A stretch of 44,883 bases of DNA, filler included, from Catajapyx aquilonaris (taxonomy: Eukaryota), in NCBI GenBank assembly GCA_000934665.2. It is 2 parts of 2 records of this genome, joined end to end, with 100 filler letters (N's around TTAATTAATTAA, not from the genome) between each part and the next. Parts side by side here need not be neighbours in the genome. Positions count along the whole stretch, not along the records: positions 1 to 22,391 come from JYFJ02005873.1; positions 22,492 to 44,883 come from JYFJ02005874.1. One strand, 5' to 3'. The notes beneath the pieces were generated by a model. The model searched no databases, had not been told where the DNA came from, and was given only the letters and a program-made list of their open reading frames with translations. A program made the position numbers and the translations under genes. Of this stretch, positions 14,721 to 44,128 are shown piece by piece. Each line of letters opens with the position of its first letter. Positions within the stretch are counted from its first letter, which is position 1.

Positions 14721-17169
14721 GTTCACACATGCAGCAGACATTTTGTAGCAATCATTCAAAATACAACAATGAGTCCTTGTTTGGGGCCACCATGCTGCTG
14801 AGCATTAGTTAAACGGCGGACTCGTTTATTTTAAACGCTGCACCTGCCAGCCTTAAAAAAGTGACGCGGTTCCAACATGACACATGTCTCATGCACCTGC
14901 ACCACGATGCATATCAGGTCCTCAATCTCTGAGGGGGGAAGGGAGTGAGAGATCTGGAAACTGTCGCCAGCTACCGTGTGTATATCTCTTCCCCCCCCCA
15001 AAAAAATCTTAATGGAAGAGTCCCAGGGAGTTATCAAATTTATTGCTTCCCCCTGTCCTCTCTCTGCTGGGACCCACAACTATTTTCTCTCTCTCTCTTT
15101 CAAAGTGACACTTTTAGCCCCCTGTCGCAGAATCGGGCCCTTGTGCCAGCCCGCACAAACCACACATTGTCGCCAACCCCGTTTGGTCAAGTGGCCTTAA
15201 AAGGGTCCTATTCACGGCCCACGAAAAATGACACCGCCTGAGCTCAACCCTGCTCCCGAGTGGTAATAGCTCAAGTAATAATCTCTCCAATCCTGACACC
15301 ATAGATCCGGTACTATCTTCAAAAACCATTTCGACTTTTTAAAATATTGAGTCAAAGTGATAGCCGGACAAGTCCAGATTATGGCCAGATTTTTGGCTTG
15401 AAATGTATGAAATATTATTAGACGTTAGCCTGCGCCCCCCCCTTCACAGCTGAATGAAACCCGCCCCCTCATTAGAGGCTCGTTAGCGGCTCCCTTTTGG
15501 CGAAGGGCCCTCCCCCCCAGGTGTAAACCGCACAGGTGGCAACCCCCCTGCTCATTCCTCTCACTTTACACATGCTGCCTGCCTGCAATTGATTTCATGG
15601 CTAGTCCTGGGCTGGACTGTCCCCCAAGTTGGTCGAAATATGATCGTCTCAACCTGTCAAAGGGGGCATTAATTAGTGAGGGGAGTCGGGTTTGATTGGG
15701 ATGTTTCCAGGTGCAAAAAAATGGGTACGAACTTGGCTGGTTGGAGAGGCGAAAGTGTTTTGCCCTAAACTGTCATGGCTGACCTAGCCCCTACCCGAAA
15801 CTTGCCTAAACATAATGAAAGGGGAATGTTCGGTACTATTGTAAATATTTTAAATGAATAATATTTATTACCTCTAGACTAATATTGTCTACTACTACTA
15901 CTACTACTACTAAGACGAAGGGTGGAATATTCGTCATATTATTAGTTACTGCTACCTTGCTGCTACCTTTAGCAGTACTACCATTGCACTACAGTACACT
16001 GGTCCTGCTAAGTTAGGAGGGTTAGGAGTAACTAGTCGTGTGAGGAAATCCCATTGGATTGGGAGCACGAAAAATTGCAGGGGATTTTACATTGACATAA
16101 TTGCCAAAATTTGATTTGACGTTTGGCAAATTGATTTCATTGACAAATTATAGTTTTCCAAACTTCCCTTCCTTCCAGGCTCCCCCCGCCCCCATTAAAA
16201 AAATTTTGAAGTGCGCACTTGTAAACTTTTTTATCAGAAATAATTATTAACCCTTCACAAAACGTCTCGTTATTTTGCTCTCAAGTACTTACAAGTCACT
16301 TCTATTTGACAAGGAATCAATAAAACAAGTCATCGGGTGCTCCCCTCGACAGACCAATTTGACATTGATTCATGCCGAATTATGCCTCCATTCTATAAAA
16401 TAAAAACACATGCGGTGTGGTTCTTCTTTTTTTTTTTTTTTTTTGCAGTTTCTGCAAATACTGCGCATCTTTTTCCTCCACCTAACTCAATGGTTGCCAC
16501 GACCTTTTTTTCTTGCATTCTTCCATCATGATGATGATGATGATGTGGGTGGGTTGCCATGTACCACAACTCTCAGCTACAGGCAATGTTTTAATTAGAG
16601 CAGAGTCAATGCGTTTGCGCAAAACCCAAGAGCGACGTTCCTGAAATGCTCAAAACACCGATGATGCCAATCCACACCATATAGACAGTAGGAAGAGATC
16701 GAAATTGGCTGAAGGCTACACCATCATGCTGAGTGAATGACCCCAAAAAAAGAGAGGACGACTAATTGAGTAGGTAGACCAGCGTGGGATATTTCCTCCA
16801 GGGGAGTGGCCCATGGATCTCTGGACAGTTTCCCAATATTTTTCTTTCTTTTCCCCTCGATTCCTCCCCCAGCCCTGGAGGCACACTTCAAACTTCACAC
16901 TAATGGCTTCTCTCCATTCTATGTACCGGTGAGGGGTGGATTGAGCATTACCCTCCGCTATACTTTGGAATCAATGGCGGTTCGAATACCATGTTAATTA
17001 GTTTTACTGGTCCCAATTATTTAAAAAATAAAAAAATTGCCCTTCCAATATAACGCTTTCATTTTCAAGAGATTAAGATACGTAATAAAAACATTATGAT
17101 GCAGCCAATACACACTGGGATCAAGTTCCACAACTGCTTTTCACACAAAACAAAAAATAAAAAAGGCAT

Positions 17170-19294
17170 AACCTCCTACATCTAGCTTTATTTCTCTTCA
17201 TCTCAATGATTACGATTTACAGGTAACCTCTAGTGTTAAACTCGGCCGCAACACACCCTTTGAAATATATGTGCTGCCACCAAGAAGCATCGCGCAAAAA
17301 ATTATTTACACGAAAACATAAGAGTTGTCAAAAAATAAACTCCTTCTTCTCTTACACCCACACAAAAGCAAGTGACAATATAACATACCATCAAATCATT
17401 GCTCATGAGCTGTGTAGTTATTTAATAATATTAACTGCGTGTATCATGTACATTCATTGCGCCCTAATGATTGCTAGGAGAGTAGGTGATTTTCTTTCAT
17501 ATTCTTTTACATAATTTGTATACGTATTTATATGTAAACCATCATACTCGTTTCCAAAATCACAAATAAAGAAAAGCAGCACGGGACATTCAAAACTGCA
17601 CTGCATTATGACAAGTGTATAAGTTCTTTAAGTTATAGTTTTAAAAAATAGAATGAAGGGCACAGAAACATGATTCTGAAATAAACATATAAAAACACAA
17701 CAGGAAAAAAATGGATGAAACGTGAGGCACACACTACATGGCTCACATCAAAAATGTTGCTTCTATGCTCACATCTCTCGAAGAGACTAGTCTAAAGTTT
17801 AACGAGATTTTGCTCGTTGGCTGAGCCAGTTCCTCTCCAAGTTCAGGGTGCTACTCGCTAGATGCCCTTCAAATTCCCTTATATCAGTAATAATACACCC
17901 ATTTCAATAAATTCTTAATTGGACATACTTCCATTTACAAAATGCATGGTAATTTCAGAACATGTTGTGACATTGCCATGAATCGGACAAAGCCAGGTAT
18001 GTCCTATTAAGAGTTCGTTACAATGCAGTGTGTCCAAACGCGAGATTGCTAGGACAAAAATGGAAAAAAATAATTGGCAGAGTCGTGTCAAATCTGCCCT
18101 AATGTAAGAAAGTAATGTCTGAACCATAATAAAAATCACTTTGGTATGTTCAATTGAGATGGTTTTTCATACCAGGCAGGTACTCAAGTCGAGTGTTCAC
18201 CTGCCACCTTTTTGTGTCTATCCAATCGGCTTCAAAAGGTCATGGAAGAAAGGTCACGGCATTTCCAAAATCAGGCTCATCCTGATTTTAAGCTGTGCAT
18301 AAAATACCTCTGGCTAAGTACTACTTACTCTCATGTAGCAATTTGAATCTGACCTTGAAATGCCGATGCCAGTCGTTCGTTCATTGAGGCTTCCATTACG
18401 CATAATTATGTCATAACATTCCTCTAATTTTAACGCTGAAAGGTTGCAGATTACACAAAATTTCACGTCGAATCACACAAATGACTAGACTCCCCAGTTA
18501 TACACTCGCTTCGTTTCAAGTTCACGTTTCTAAAAGGAGGTCACATATGTCAGGGTAGCAGTATGCTACCCCGACAAAAGATGCAATTATGTATGCACTT
18601 AAAACAAAGTGAATCCATAAATGGGAAATCTAGTAGTTCGTTTGGTGTGTCATTCAAAGTGAAATTCGCTACTTTTTGTCTTAAAAATCAGAGGAAAGTC
18701 GTGACCACATTGTGACAAATATGCATGGAGTGGGTGGGAGCCATTGTCCAAGCATTCACGTGTTTGGCCACACTGTGCAATGCGGTGAATATTCTGTCAT
18801 AAAGGTTTTGACATTTCTTGAGAGTGGGACACCCTGCATTTATCAATGTGTAATAGATCACAATGGCAAAACGTGAAACGCAAGCCAGAATAGCAACACG
18901 CCGGTTGAAATGATCATGCCTTGAATGAGGTGCAAAAACATTCCTGATGCAAGACTAGTAAAAAAAAGTTACACTGGATTAAAGCCCATGAAGCAAGTAA
19001 AGGAAACAAAAAATCATTACATGGATGCCAATTGTCAAAAGTGGCAGAAAAATTTACTGCCTGGCATTTAAAAAAAGAAAAGAAAAAAAGAGGTATTCCT
19101 TAGGCTGGCTCCAACACGATTCTGATGGCAAGGATTTTTGCAGCTGCACAAGCAAACACCAAGAAAAATAACAACATGAACATAAAAATCTGTACATTCA
19201 AGAGTTCGGGTTGCTTTTTCCATGCACTCTTCACTTAGGCAGCAACAAAAACCTGCCCAAGGCTTATCCTTGAGTTCAACCTCTCTTCTTCTCT
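17170..19294 (-). other. Probable ZER1 3'UTR with poly(A) signal
   Basis: Minus-strand AATAAA at 17187-17192 followed by a U/GU-rich tract (ttttttattttttgttttgtgtg); minus strand U-rich throughout. Confidence 0.5.
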
Positions 19295-19470
19295 TTAACC
19301 TTCGTAGCTCTCTGCCATTTCTAAAGGCCCATCTTCCAAGTACTGCTTACAGTGCTTCTTAACCACCAGCGCCAACTCCCTTATATTGTACAGGTTGTCA
19401 TCCTTTTGGAGTAGTTCGTCCAAAAGCTCCAGGCCTCCCTCTGCTTCCACAAGAGGGCAGTACTTGTCCG
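19295..19470 (-). CDS. ZER1: ZER1 terminal coding exon
   Basis: Acceptor attacag|CG GAC; PDKYCPLVEAEGGLELL...ESYEG, TAA at 19295-19297. Confidence 0.9.
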
Positions 19471-22257
19471 CTGTAATGATTGAGATGTTAGGATTCACGG
19501 CATTTGCGGAGCATTGAAATATTTAATTCGGAGTGAATACTGAGACTCTGTCAGCTGCAAATATTATGAGATGATAACATCCTAATTTATACCAAAATGA
19601 TCCCATCATTTCTCCACAATGAGTCCCCATTATCAACACCTACCTCACAGCCTCCCCTCCAAAACTGCATACTTACGGTAGACCCTGGTGAGGTTGGCGA
19701 GAGCCCAGATGGCCCAGTACTGGCACTCTGGGGTGTGATCCACCTTCACCAACCTCAGAATGGGCTCAAAGGAACGGTAATTGATGTTCCTCTTAGTGTT
19801 GAGGTCCCACCTCTTGATAGCTGCCACCATCCTGGACAGTACGTCTTCCCTGCTTGGGCTGTCCACTAGCCAAGTCTCAGCCCCGTCAGACGCCATGTGG
19901 GACAGGACTCCTGCCGCATTGTAGCTCACCTCAATCCCATCACTGCGGGAGTCAAGAAGCTCGGAGAACTTCAAGACAAACTCTGAGGTCATTAGGTGTG
20001 AGCGTAGATGTTTCACCTCCGCCACATTGCCCAGCAGGCCCATCATATTGCGCAGAAGCTCTGCCTTGTCTGGGAATGTCTAGAAGACGAAACAAATGTA
20101 AGATGCAATTATTATTCCTCACACAGGGAATGATTCATTGTTGCCTCCAATAGTTACTTGACCAAACATGCCCCAAATGGACAATTCCTATAATAAAGTG
20201 CCTTTTATTATACTGGCAGAATTGGGATTAAATGAAATTATATTTGCACCCACAAATTCAGAAATCCCCAATTCAATATGCTCATGAGTCTGTACATGTT
20301 CAGTACAGATGAAAACGTTGCAGGCACAACAACAGAATAGTACAAATCAGCTACAGAAGGCTGTTTCACCTCTATGGTAGCAAATTTCAAATGACAGTAT
20401 AAAAGTACTGTGGTGAGATTCCTGGGTGAAATGGGCACATCAGCCCAGTGTACTTCACAGCTGCACAGAGCAACATCCCTCCAGAAATAGTTCTCACTTG
20501 AGAGGGATAGATTGTTGCTTTCTCACTATACATACAGCCAGATCAGGAAATAGTGTAAGCTAAACGACTTCAGTGTCGTACAAAGGGATAAATGCAGTGT
20601 TGAATCACCAAAAAGCGCCACATCATTTGTTGCTGGTACCTCTGGACATGGCTGCAACACACACCCTACGCCCTACTACACCCTACGGTACTATACTACA
20701 CTGAATACCAGAGATGATAAAGAAAGGGAAGGCAATGGTGACAGAACCCAAAGACCTAAGGGCACATCGCAGCATGTGTGGGAGTGTCCTGTCAACTGTT
20801 CATCACTGCATTCAACTAGACCTGAACTGGGAAGGACAAAGTTCACGTACTGAAACCATGCCACACTGCAGAGTGCAAGACCACCTGCAGAAAGATGGAC
20901 GATAGATATTTAGATGGTGATAGATGGAAATAATTGTCATGTCATTGAATGAAGCATGGGTGTACCTAACTGATTGAAACAAGGTACTACATGCCATTAC
21001 TACCGCAACAGGACTTCCAAAGCCCATTCAGATTGGGTGTGCCAGTGCAAAGAAAGTTATCCACGCAGTTTTATGGTTGTGGCGGTGGGACACACATACT
21101 TTATTTAAGGAAACATATGGACTGGCCTAGCCTATGCAGCCTTGCAGCCCTTTTAGTGTCCCAGTTTATTCAACATAAGATTGTGGCGGGACACTGCCAC
21201 AGAAGCAAGGTCCCTGCACAGACTTGGAGCAAAAGTCAATTCTGTCTACTACCAGAGGAACATACTGGAACCATTGTATCAACATAACATCCCTCGGCCG
21301 TGTGGCTGGGACACTTCAAAGGTGTGAAAACACCACGCATTGAGAAATGCATCTCGATCGACAGGGGCCTACATGAGAAGATTGGAGATTGAAACAGAGA
21401 TACGTTTCATACCAACGTAAACATCCCTGCCTCCCAATGACTCTCCCATGGATTTATGTGGGTTTGGTCTGCTAAAAGGGCCCTCTCCAGGAGACCCGCC
21501 TGGTCCCCTTTCAGGACTTTGGAAAGTCTGTCAGGAGGGATGGGACAAGATGGATCTTCCTGCTCTGCAAAGAAGTCTCATGGATTGGAAGCTTCGATGT
21601 CAGCCGAGAGTCCAACTAAAAGGTCATCACATAGAACAGCATTGTTGGTAGCAATGGGATTTCATGAGGTAATTCTGCATCTCAGTTTGCTACCACAGAG
21701 GTGAAACAGCCCTGTACAGCAGAGTATGCCTGCACATCACTTCATTTGCATCAATTGATGCACTTATTGTTAGTGCTTGGCAAGTGCCACAATCAAGTTT
21801 TGCTTTTTGGAATCTTCTCAATTTTTGTACCTCAAATAGTTTCAATCTGCACTTGGTTGAATCCCCGGATGTAAAACCCGCAGATACTGAGGGCCCAGTG
21901 TATTACATTCTTTTTGATGAAGAGTTGTGCCATTATCATATGAGTGCACTAAAAGCACACCTTCCAACTTGCCGTGGTCCAAGTGCATTGCACTGCAGTA
22001 ATTGAACAATAGTATCTTGCAGAAAATGACAATGATGATCACATGTCTTGGCCAGATATGTCTCAGCAAACATAATGAGTGAAAAGGGTTATTACCTTGA
22101 GACACTTGAGGAAGAAGTCCATTCCCCTACCCTCGAGGAACCGTTGACAATTGATGGCAGTCTCATCCGTAACGTTCCACATGGTAGACCACGCTATCTC
22201 CATCACGTCATCACACTGCTTCATGTCCAGTCTCTCCTCAATAAGGGCCAGCATTTT
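19295..22257 (-). CDS. ZER1: Protein zer-1 homolog (ZYG11/ZER1 family, CRL2 substrate receptor), 3' partial gene: complement(join(19295..19470,19677..20079,22096..22257))
   Basis: Three GT-AG exons splice in frame (741 nt incl. stop) to ...WSTMWNVTDETAINCQRFL...CLK/TFPDKAELLRNMMGLLGNVAEV...DGIEVSYNAAGVLSH...RNINYRSFEPILRL...WALANLTRVY/PDKYCPLVEAEGGLELL..., the C-terminal ARM region of ZER1. N-terminal exons absent. Confidence 0.93.
19677..20079 (-). CDS. ZER1: ZER1 penultimate coding exon
   Basis: Acceptor cttctag|ACA, donor TAC C|gtaagt; overlaps ORF 19645..20046. Confidence 0.93.
22096..22257 (-). CDS. ZER1: ZER1 coding exon (third from last)
   Basis: Acceptor ctttatcag|AAA, donor AAG|gtaat; 162 nt, KMLALIEERLDMKQCDDVMEIAWSTMWNVTDETAINCQRFLEGRGMDFFLKCLK. 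Confidence 0.92.
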
Positions 22258-22391
22258 CTGATAAAGGGAGATTAGGGTATGCTAATAAAACTGATAGGGT
22301 AAAAGTAAAATTCACTTTCACTCCTGACATTATTAGCAGCAAACCTGTACCAAAAATCTTTTGGACCTTCAAAAAAAAAAAAAAAAAATAT

Positions 22392-22491
22392 NNNNNNNNN
22401 NNNNNNNNNNNNNNNNNNNNNNNNNNNNNNNNNNNTTAATTAATTAANNNNNNNNNNNNNNNNNNNNNNNNNNNNNNNNNNNNNNNNNNNN
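22392..22491. other. Assembly gap with artificial six-frame-stop linker
   Basis: 44 N + TTAATTAATTAA (22436-22447) + 44 N = exactly 100 bp; the palindrome has TAA in all six frames. Confidence 0.95.
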
Positions 22492-23342
22492 CCCCCCACC
22501 TCGCAAAGCGAGTATAAATAAATAAAGCAAGTGCAACTATCGATATAAAAATGGAGTATTAACTCAAAGCTCTCAATCTCTAAGATTACAGCTCTAATTT
22601 CAAATAATAATATCAATATTATGTAAATAATATTCTGTGCACATCGTAATGCCGAGCAATAGTTTGAATGGTGCGCATGTCTGGCTGACATGCGTGGAAG
22701 CAATGGCGGAGGATTCCCCACGAATCCCTGGGAGCCCAGTCAGCCGGATGTAGAGTCACTACCAAAGTGATATGTCGCGCAGACATACCACTCTAAGCAT
22801 GCATGAATTTCTAGTACATCTACTGGCCCCCTGGCCCCTACGCATCCGCTGGGTCTGGGATGGCATCAGTTTCATCGCACTATGTTTCAGCGCGGAGGGC
22901 CATAGGTAGAATGAAGCGGTTATTCGGTCGAAGTGGGGGGGGAGGGGGGGGAAGGCAGATTTCTCGTGACCCACACAATCTACAATTCCACACCCTAGAG
23001 AATTTCGTTTATTGTGCTTTCTGTTCGGCCTCATATTAAGTTATTATTTTTGATAACTACTAAAATAACAGTTCGAAAGTAACTGCTTAATAATAAACAG
23101 CTTAGTGCAGAAAAATCGCTATCAAACCCCCCCCATAAGAATTTTCCAGCTACGCGCCTGGTTGAACTGTATTGTAATGAATCCATATAAGTAAAACGAT
23201 ATTACATGGCAATTGGTTAACCTGGCAACAATGCTTGATTGTTGTTGATTGTTACTCAATTACATCCCCTTCTTTGTGCGGACTGTTTCCGTGGTAATGC
23301 AATAGACAACAATCAATCATTGGTGATATGATTAAACCATAA

Positions 23343-23708
23343 GGAAGGCGTGGTGGCCGAGATGGTAACGTCTCGGCTTGCTGAGCGGAAGGTCCTGGGT
23401 TCGATCCCCGCCTGGGATTTACCTTCCGCCTGCGTCAGAGGGTCTAGACCCGCACCTAAGAAGGCGTCTTAGCAACCTAGCCTTCTGGGGGACTGCACAT
23501 GACCCATTTTCTGACATTTCACTTGCACCTGTGTCCCCTCCCCAAAAATCCCTATCCTTACCCCATTTCCTTGCTCCCCTGCACGGAGTACGAAGGAAAA
23601 AAAAGTATATGAAATACTAGAAAACCGATGGTGGTAGGCCACTCCCCTATAACGGTTTACAGTTGTATCACGGGGTAAAATAAATAAATAAATAAAATAA
23701 AATAAATT
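23343..23708 (+). mobile_element. tRNA-derived SINE, family A
   Basis: A box TGGCCGAGATGG, B box GGTTCGATCCC, body homologous to 33306-33766, (AATAA)n-type tail. Confidence 0.8.
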
Positions 23709-23948
23709 ATGAAACTATGGATATTGCTGAATGTCACTCTTGCCATGGTAATGTAATCAACAACTATTATGGCCATACTAGGTTACATTTTCCTAGCATC
23801 CCATAATTATAGGGAACTGCCATTTTCTTGCAAACAAGCAGTCAGAAAAATGTTTGATCTCAATTTTCGTGTTTTGGGAACTAATATGAACTAATAGAAA
23901 CAAAAAATGTTCAAAAATTCAACAAAAACTTTTCCCGGCATATCTGGG

Positions 23949-24610
23949 TTAATCAACCACGGTTTACCACTGGTGAGCTAATTCAGTGGGTCAACCCCAT
24001 GCATTTTACCATTCAACCTATTCATTCTTACCGTGGTTCTTGCCAAATTCTTTATTGTTCCAGTCAGTATATAAGTCGGTCTTCCGTCCTACTAGTGGAG
24101 GGGGCAGGTAGCGGGTGTCAGCCAACGCCTGATCTACACTGCGCCGCTGCTTGCTGCCCTACAAGAGATGAAGCATTATTTACAACTGCGCTGCATAGTG
24201 CTGTACAATATGTGCACAACCACATCACCCAGTAATAAACTGCCATATTGAAAATTAACTGTTGATTGGCCCACTATTAATCAACCATGGTTTACCACTG
24301 GTGAGCTACTCCACTGGGGTAACTCCATGGGTGTGTTTTTGGTCCCTCTCCAGTAGTAGAGAGAGGTGGAAGTAGAGAGAGGTGGAAGCGGGCGGCCCGC
24401 TTCCACCTCTCCTCAGCGCCCCTTCCCCAGCTTCCTGGAGAGGGACCAAAAACACACCCCATGCATTTTACCATTCAACTTCGTTCTTACCGTGGTTCTA
24501 GGCAAAAACTCAATCTATCCTGGCGGTCGGTATATAAGCCGGTCTTTCGTCCACAAGTGCGGCGGGCAGGGAGCGGGTCTCAGCCAAACGCCTGATCTAC
24601 GCCGTGCCGC
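23949..24610. repeat. Local tandem duplication (~200 bp; copies ~23949-24147 and ~24277-24610)
   Basis: Shared blocks ttaatcaacca.ggtttaccactggtgagcta, catgcattttaccattcaac, ttcttaccgtggttct, gtatataag.cggtctt.cgtcc, tcagccaa.cgcctgatctac. Confidence 0.9.
24329..24459. mobile_element. 131-bp MITE, PIF/Harbinger-like, 3-bp TSD CAT
   Basis: Perfect 25-bp TIRs GGGTGTGTTTTTGGTCCCTCTCCAG; the paralogous copy at ~23995-24005 shows the empty site with one CAT. Confidence 0.85.
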
Positions 24611-24700
24611 CAACTCTTGGTGCCTCTGCCCTCTGCCCTACCAAATCACCAGCCGGCGCCCGGCTTACGGAACAGGCCCCGCTCGCTCACGACCGCCGAC

Positions 24701-25560
24701 AAGTGTTGCCAACCTGTAACCTCGCGAGTACGATTTCGATATGCCGATAAATCGGGGAAAAGATCGATAATATCGATATATCGGTCTATCGATATTTTTA
24801 GAACTGCCGAACAAAAGGCATGTTCAACCTGTCGTAAAAGGGTCATGAAGGGAAAATCAGCAAAGAGCGAACAAGCCGGTCGCAGGCGAATTTTTGGGGG
24901 GGTTCAAGGTCACACAACCTTAGGAGAATGTAACTGACGAAGTACCTGTTTTACGCCGTTAATTCGAAAGAAGAAAAAAAATCCTAATACTGACTTATTA
25001 ATTTCAATTATTGTACAATTGATGGTGTCGTTGGACTATCGTACATTCGCGTACAGAGGGGTTATTTATCGTATAAAATGATAATTATTGTACAGGTTGG
25101 CAACGCTGCGCGCTCACCGTTAGACGGCGACACTGCGCGATAGGGTGTCAGGCGGCGGAACCTGGCGGACCTATACGTTGATGCTTTGCTTTTTCGCTTG
25201 TTCCACTGGCTCGTGCACTGGTTTGTTCGCGTGGAATGACCCATGAGCCATAAAAACTAAAAGATGAAGAACTGCCAGCCGCAAGCAGTTCTTTATTATA
25301 TTCCTTTTTGTAGTCAGTTTGACAATAATTGTGTTTAATATTAACCTACTCGGTGATTAAACTCTTTGAATTTGTAGGGTCGTTAATATTTTGTTATACC
25401 TGTACATTGGTCAAAATCACCGAAGCCGTTCGATCCGAAACGAAACGAAATTAACAATCCATTCCGAAACTGGGCTACTACACATGTAATCGAACGAATT
25501 GAATATTTTTATTTCGTTTCGAATACTCGTCACAGCGTCTACGGGCTCGCTCCGTCAGTA
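24701..25560. promoter_or_regulatory. CpG-rich, probably bidirectional housekeeping promoter
   Basis: DRE TATCGATA at 24771-24778 and 24787-24794 plus near-match GATCGATA at 24762; GGTCACAC at 24908; outward-facing TTGGCAAC(A/G)CT motifs at ~24702-24712 (-) and ~25098-25108 (+); Inr-like TCAGT at 25555. Confidence 0.6.
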
Positions 25561-25695
25561 GTCCTGGGGTCGTATTGATTGATGAAGGCTGTTAGCAGAT
25601 TGCTTGGGACGCTACTGTCGAAGCCGCTTGTTGTTCACTGTACCAAGTTCAAGTCTCCGTCGGAGCGTGAAGCCGTCAAACTGGGGCCGTACACA

Positions 25696-43471
<17,776 letters not shown>

Positions 43472-43980
43472 GTAAGATCCTTACAGTTCCGTAAAAATAT
43501 TTATTTGACATTATTTTGATATTCTTTTGTCATTATCCAGGATGGACGTTCCACCCTAAAGTGGAATTTTTTAAATGTGGATTCATCCATTGAATCTACA
43601 GGGTGTTAATCCTAAGCGTGTCACCAGAAAAGGTGGTGGTAGAGGGCGCAGGCAGAGCCGGCCTTAGGGGTGGGCAGTCCGGGCGACCGCCCAGAGCCCC
43701 GCGCTTCTGGGCGGCCCCGCGCCGTGTGACCTTGAACCCCCTTAGTGACCCACACTCATTTCACTGCAGCTGAGTATGCCCTGGGTTCAGTCCCATGTCC
43801 CTCCCACCAGCTTTGAGTGGGTCCAGAGGGGAACAAACAATGTGTGCTTGTACGACATTAGCTGTGGGGACGGAAATGTGTGTTTTAACCAGCCCAGGGA
43901 CACTTCTATCCCAGGGCAATAGAAAAAGCTGTGCCGTTATCTCTTCCGGCAGTGGTGCTAATATATGTGCAATGGAATCC

Positions 43981-44128
43981 TGCTGTGGAACTCGCATCTC
44001 CATAAGTCCAGCGCCTCTTATGGCACAACTCTGCACTAACGCCTACAGCTCTATATGGCTCTATAGGCGTTAGTGCATAGCTGTGCCATAAGAGGCGCTG
44101 AACTTATGGAGATGTCAGTTCCACAGCA
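43981..44128. repeat. ~150-bp imperfect palindrome (MITE-like)
   Basis: TGCTGTGGAACT..CATCTCCATAAGT.CAGCGCCTCTTATGGCACA and its reverse complement, ~65-bp arms. Confidence 0.8.

Noticed and set aside
20696..21902. Decayed Tc1-like transposase in the ZER1 intron
   Set aside because: Only faint motif echoes (DDRYL, WVWSA, AWSP) and no matching TIR pair; too weak to call.
22436..22447. Homeodomain-site palindrome TTAATTAATTAA
   Set aside because: Centred in exactly symmetric N runs; assembly linker.
23343..23415. tRNA gene (also ~33030-33108 and ~33695-33766)
   Set aside because: A/B boxes present but no proper acceptor stem; they continue into repeat bodies with tails or TSDs, so they are SINE heads.
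24486..24540. Plus-strand U6-type promoter (CTTACCGT PSE-like plus TATATAA)
   Set aside because: Spacing differs between the duplicate copies (41 vs 45 nt), no T-run terminator follows, G-U pairs favour the minus strand, and CTTACCG reads as a minus-strand donor.
24522..24600. Hammerhead or HDV-like ribozyme (GGACGAAA on minus strand)
   Set aside because: No CUGANGA core with stem II; HDV P1/P3 nesting could not be built.
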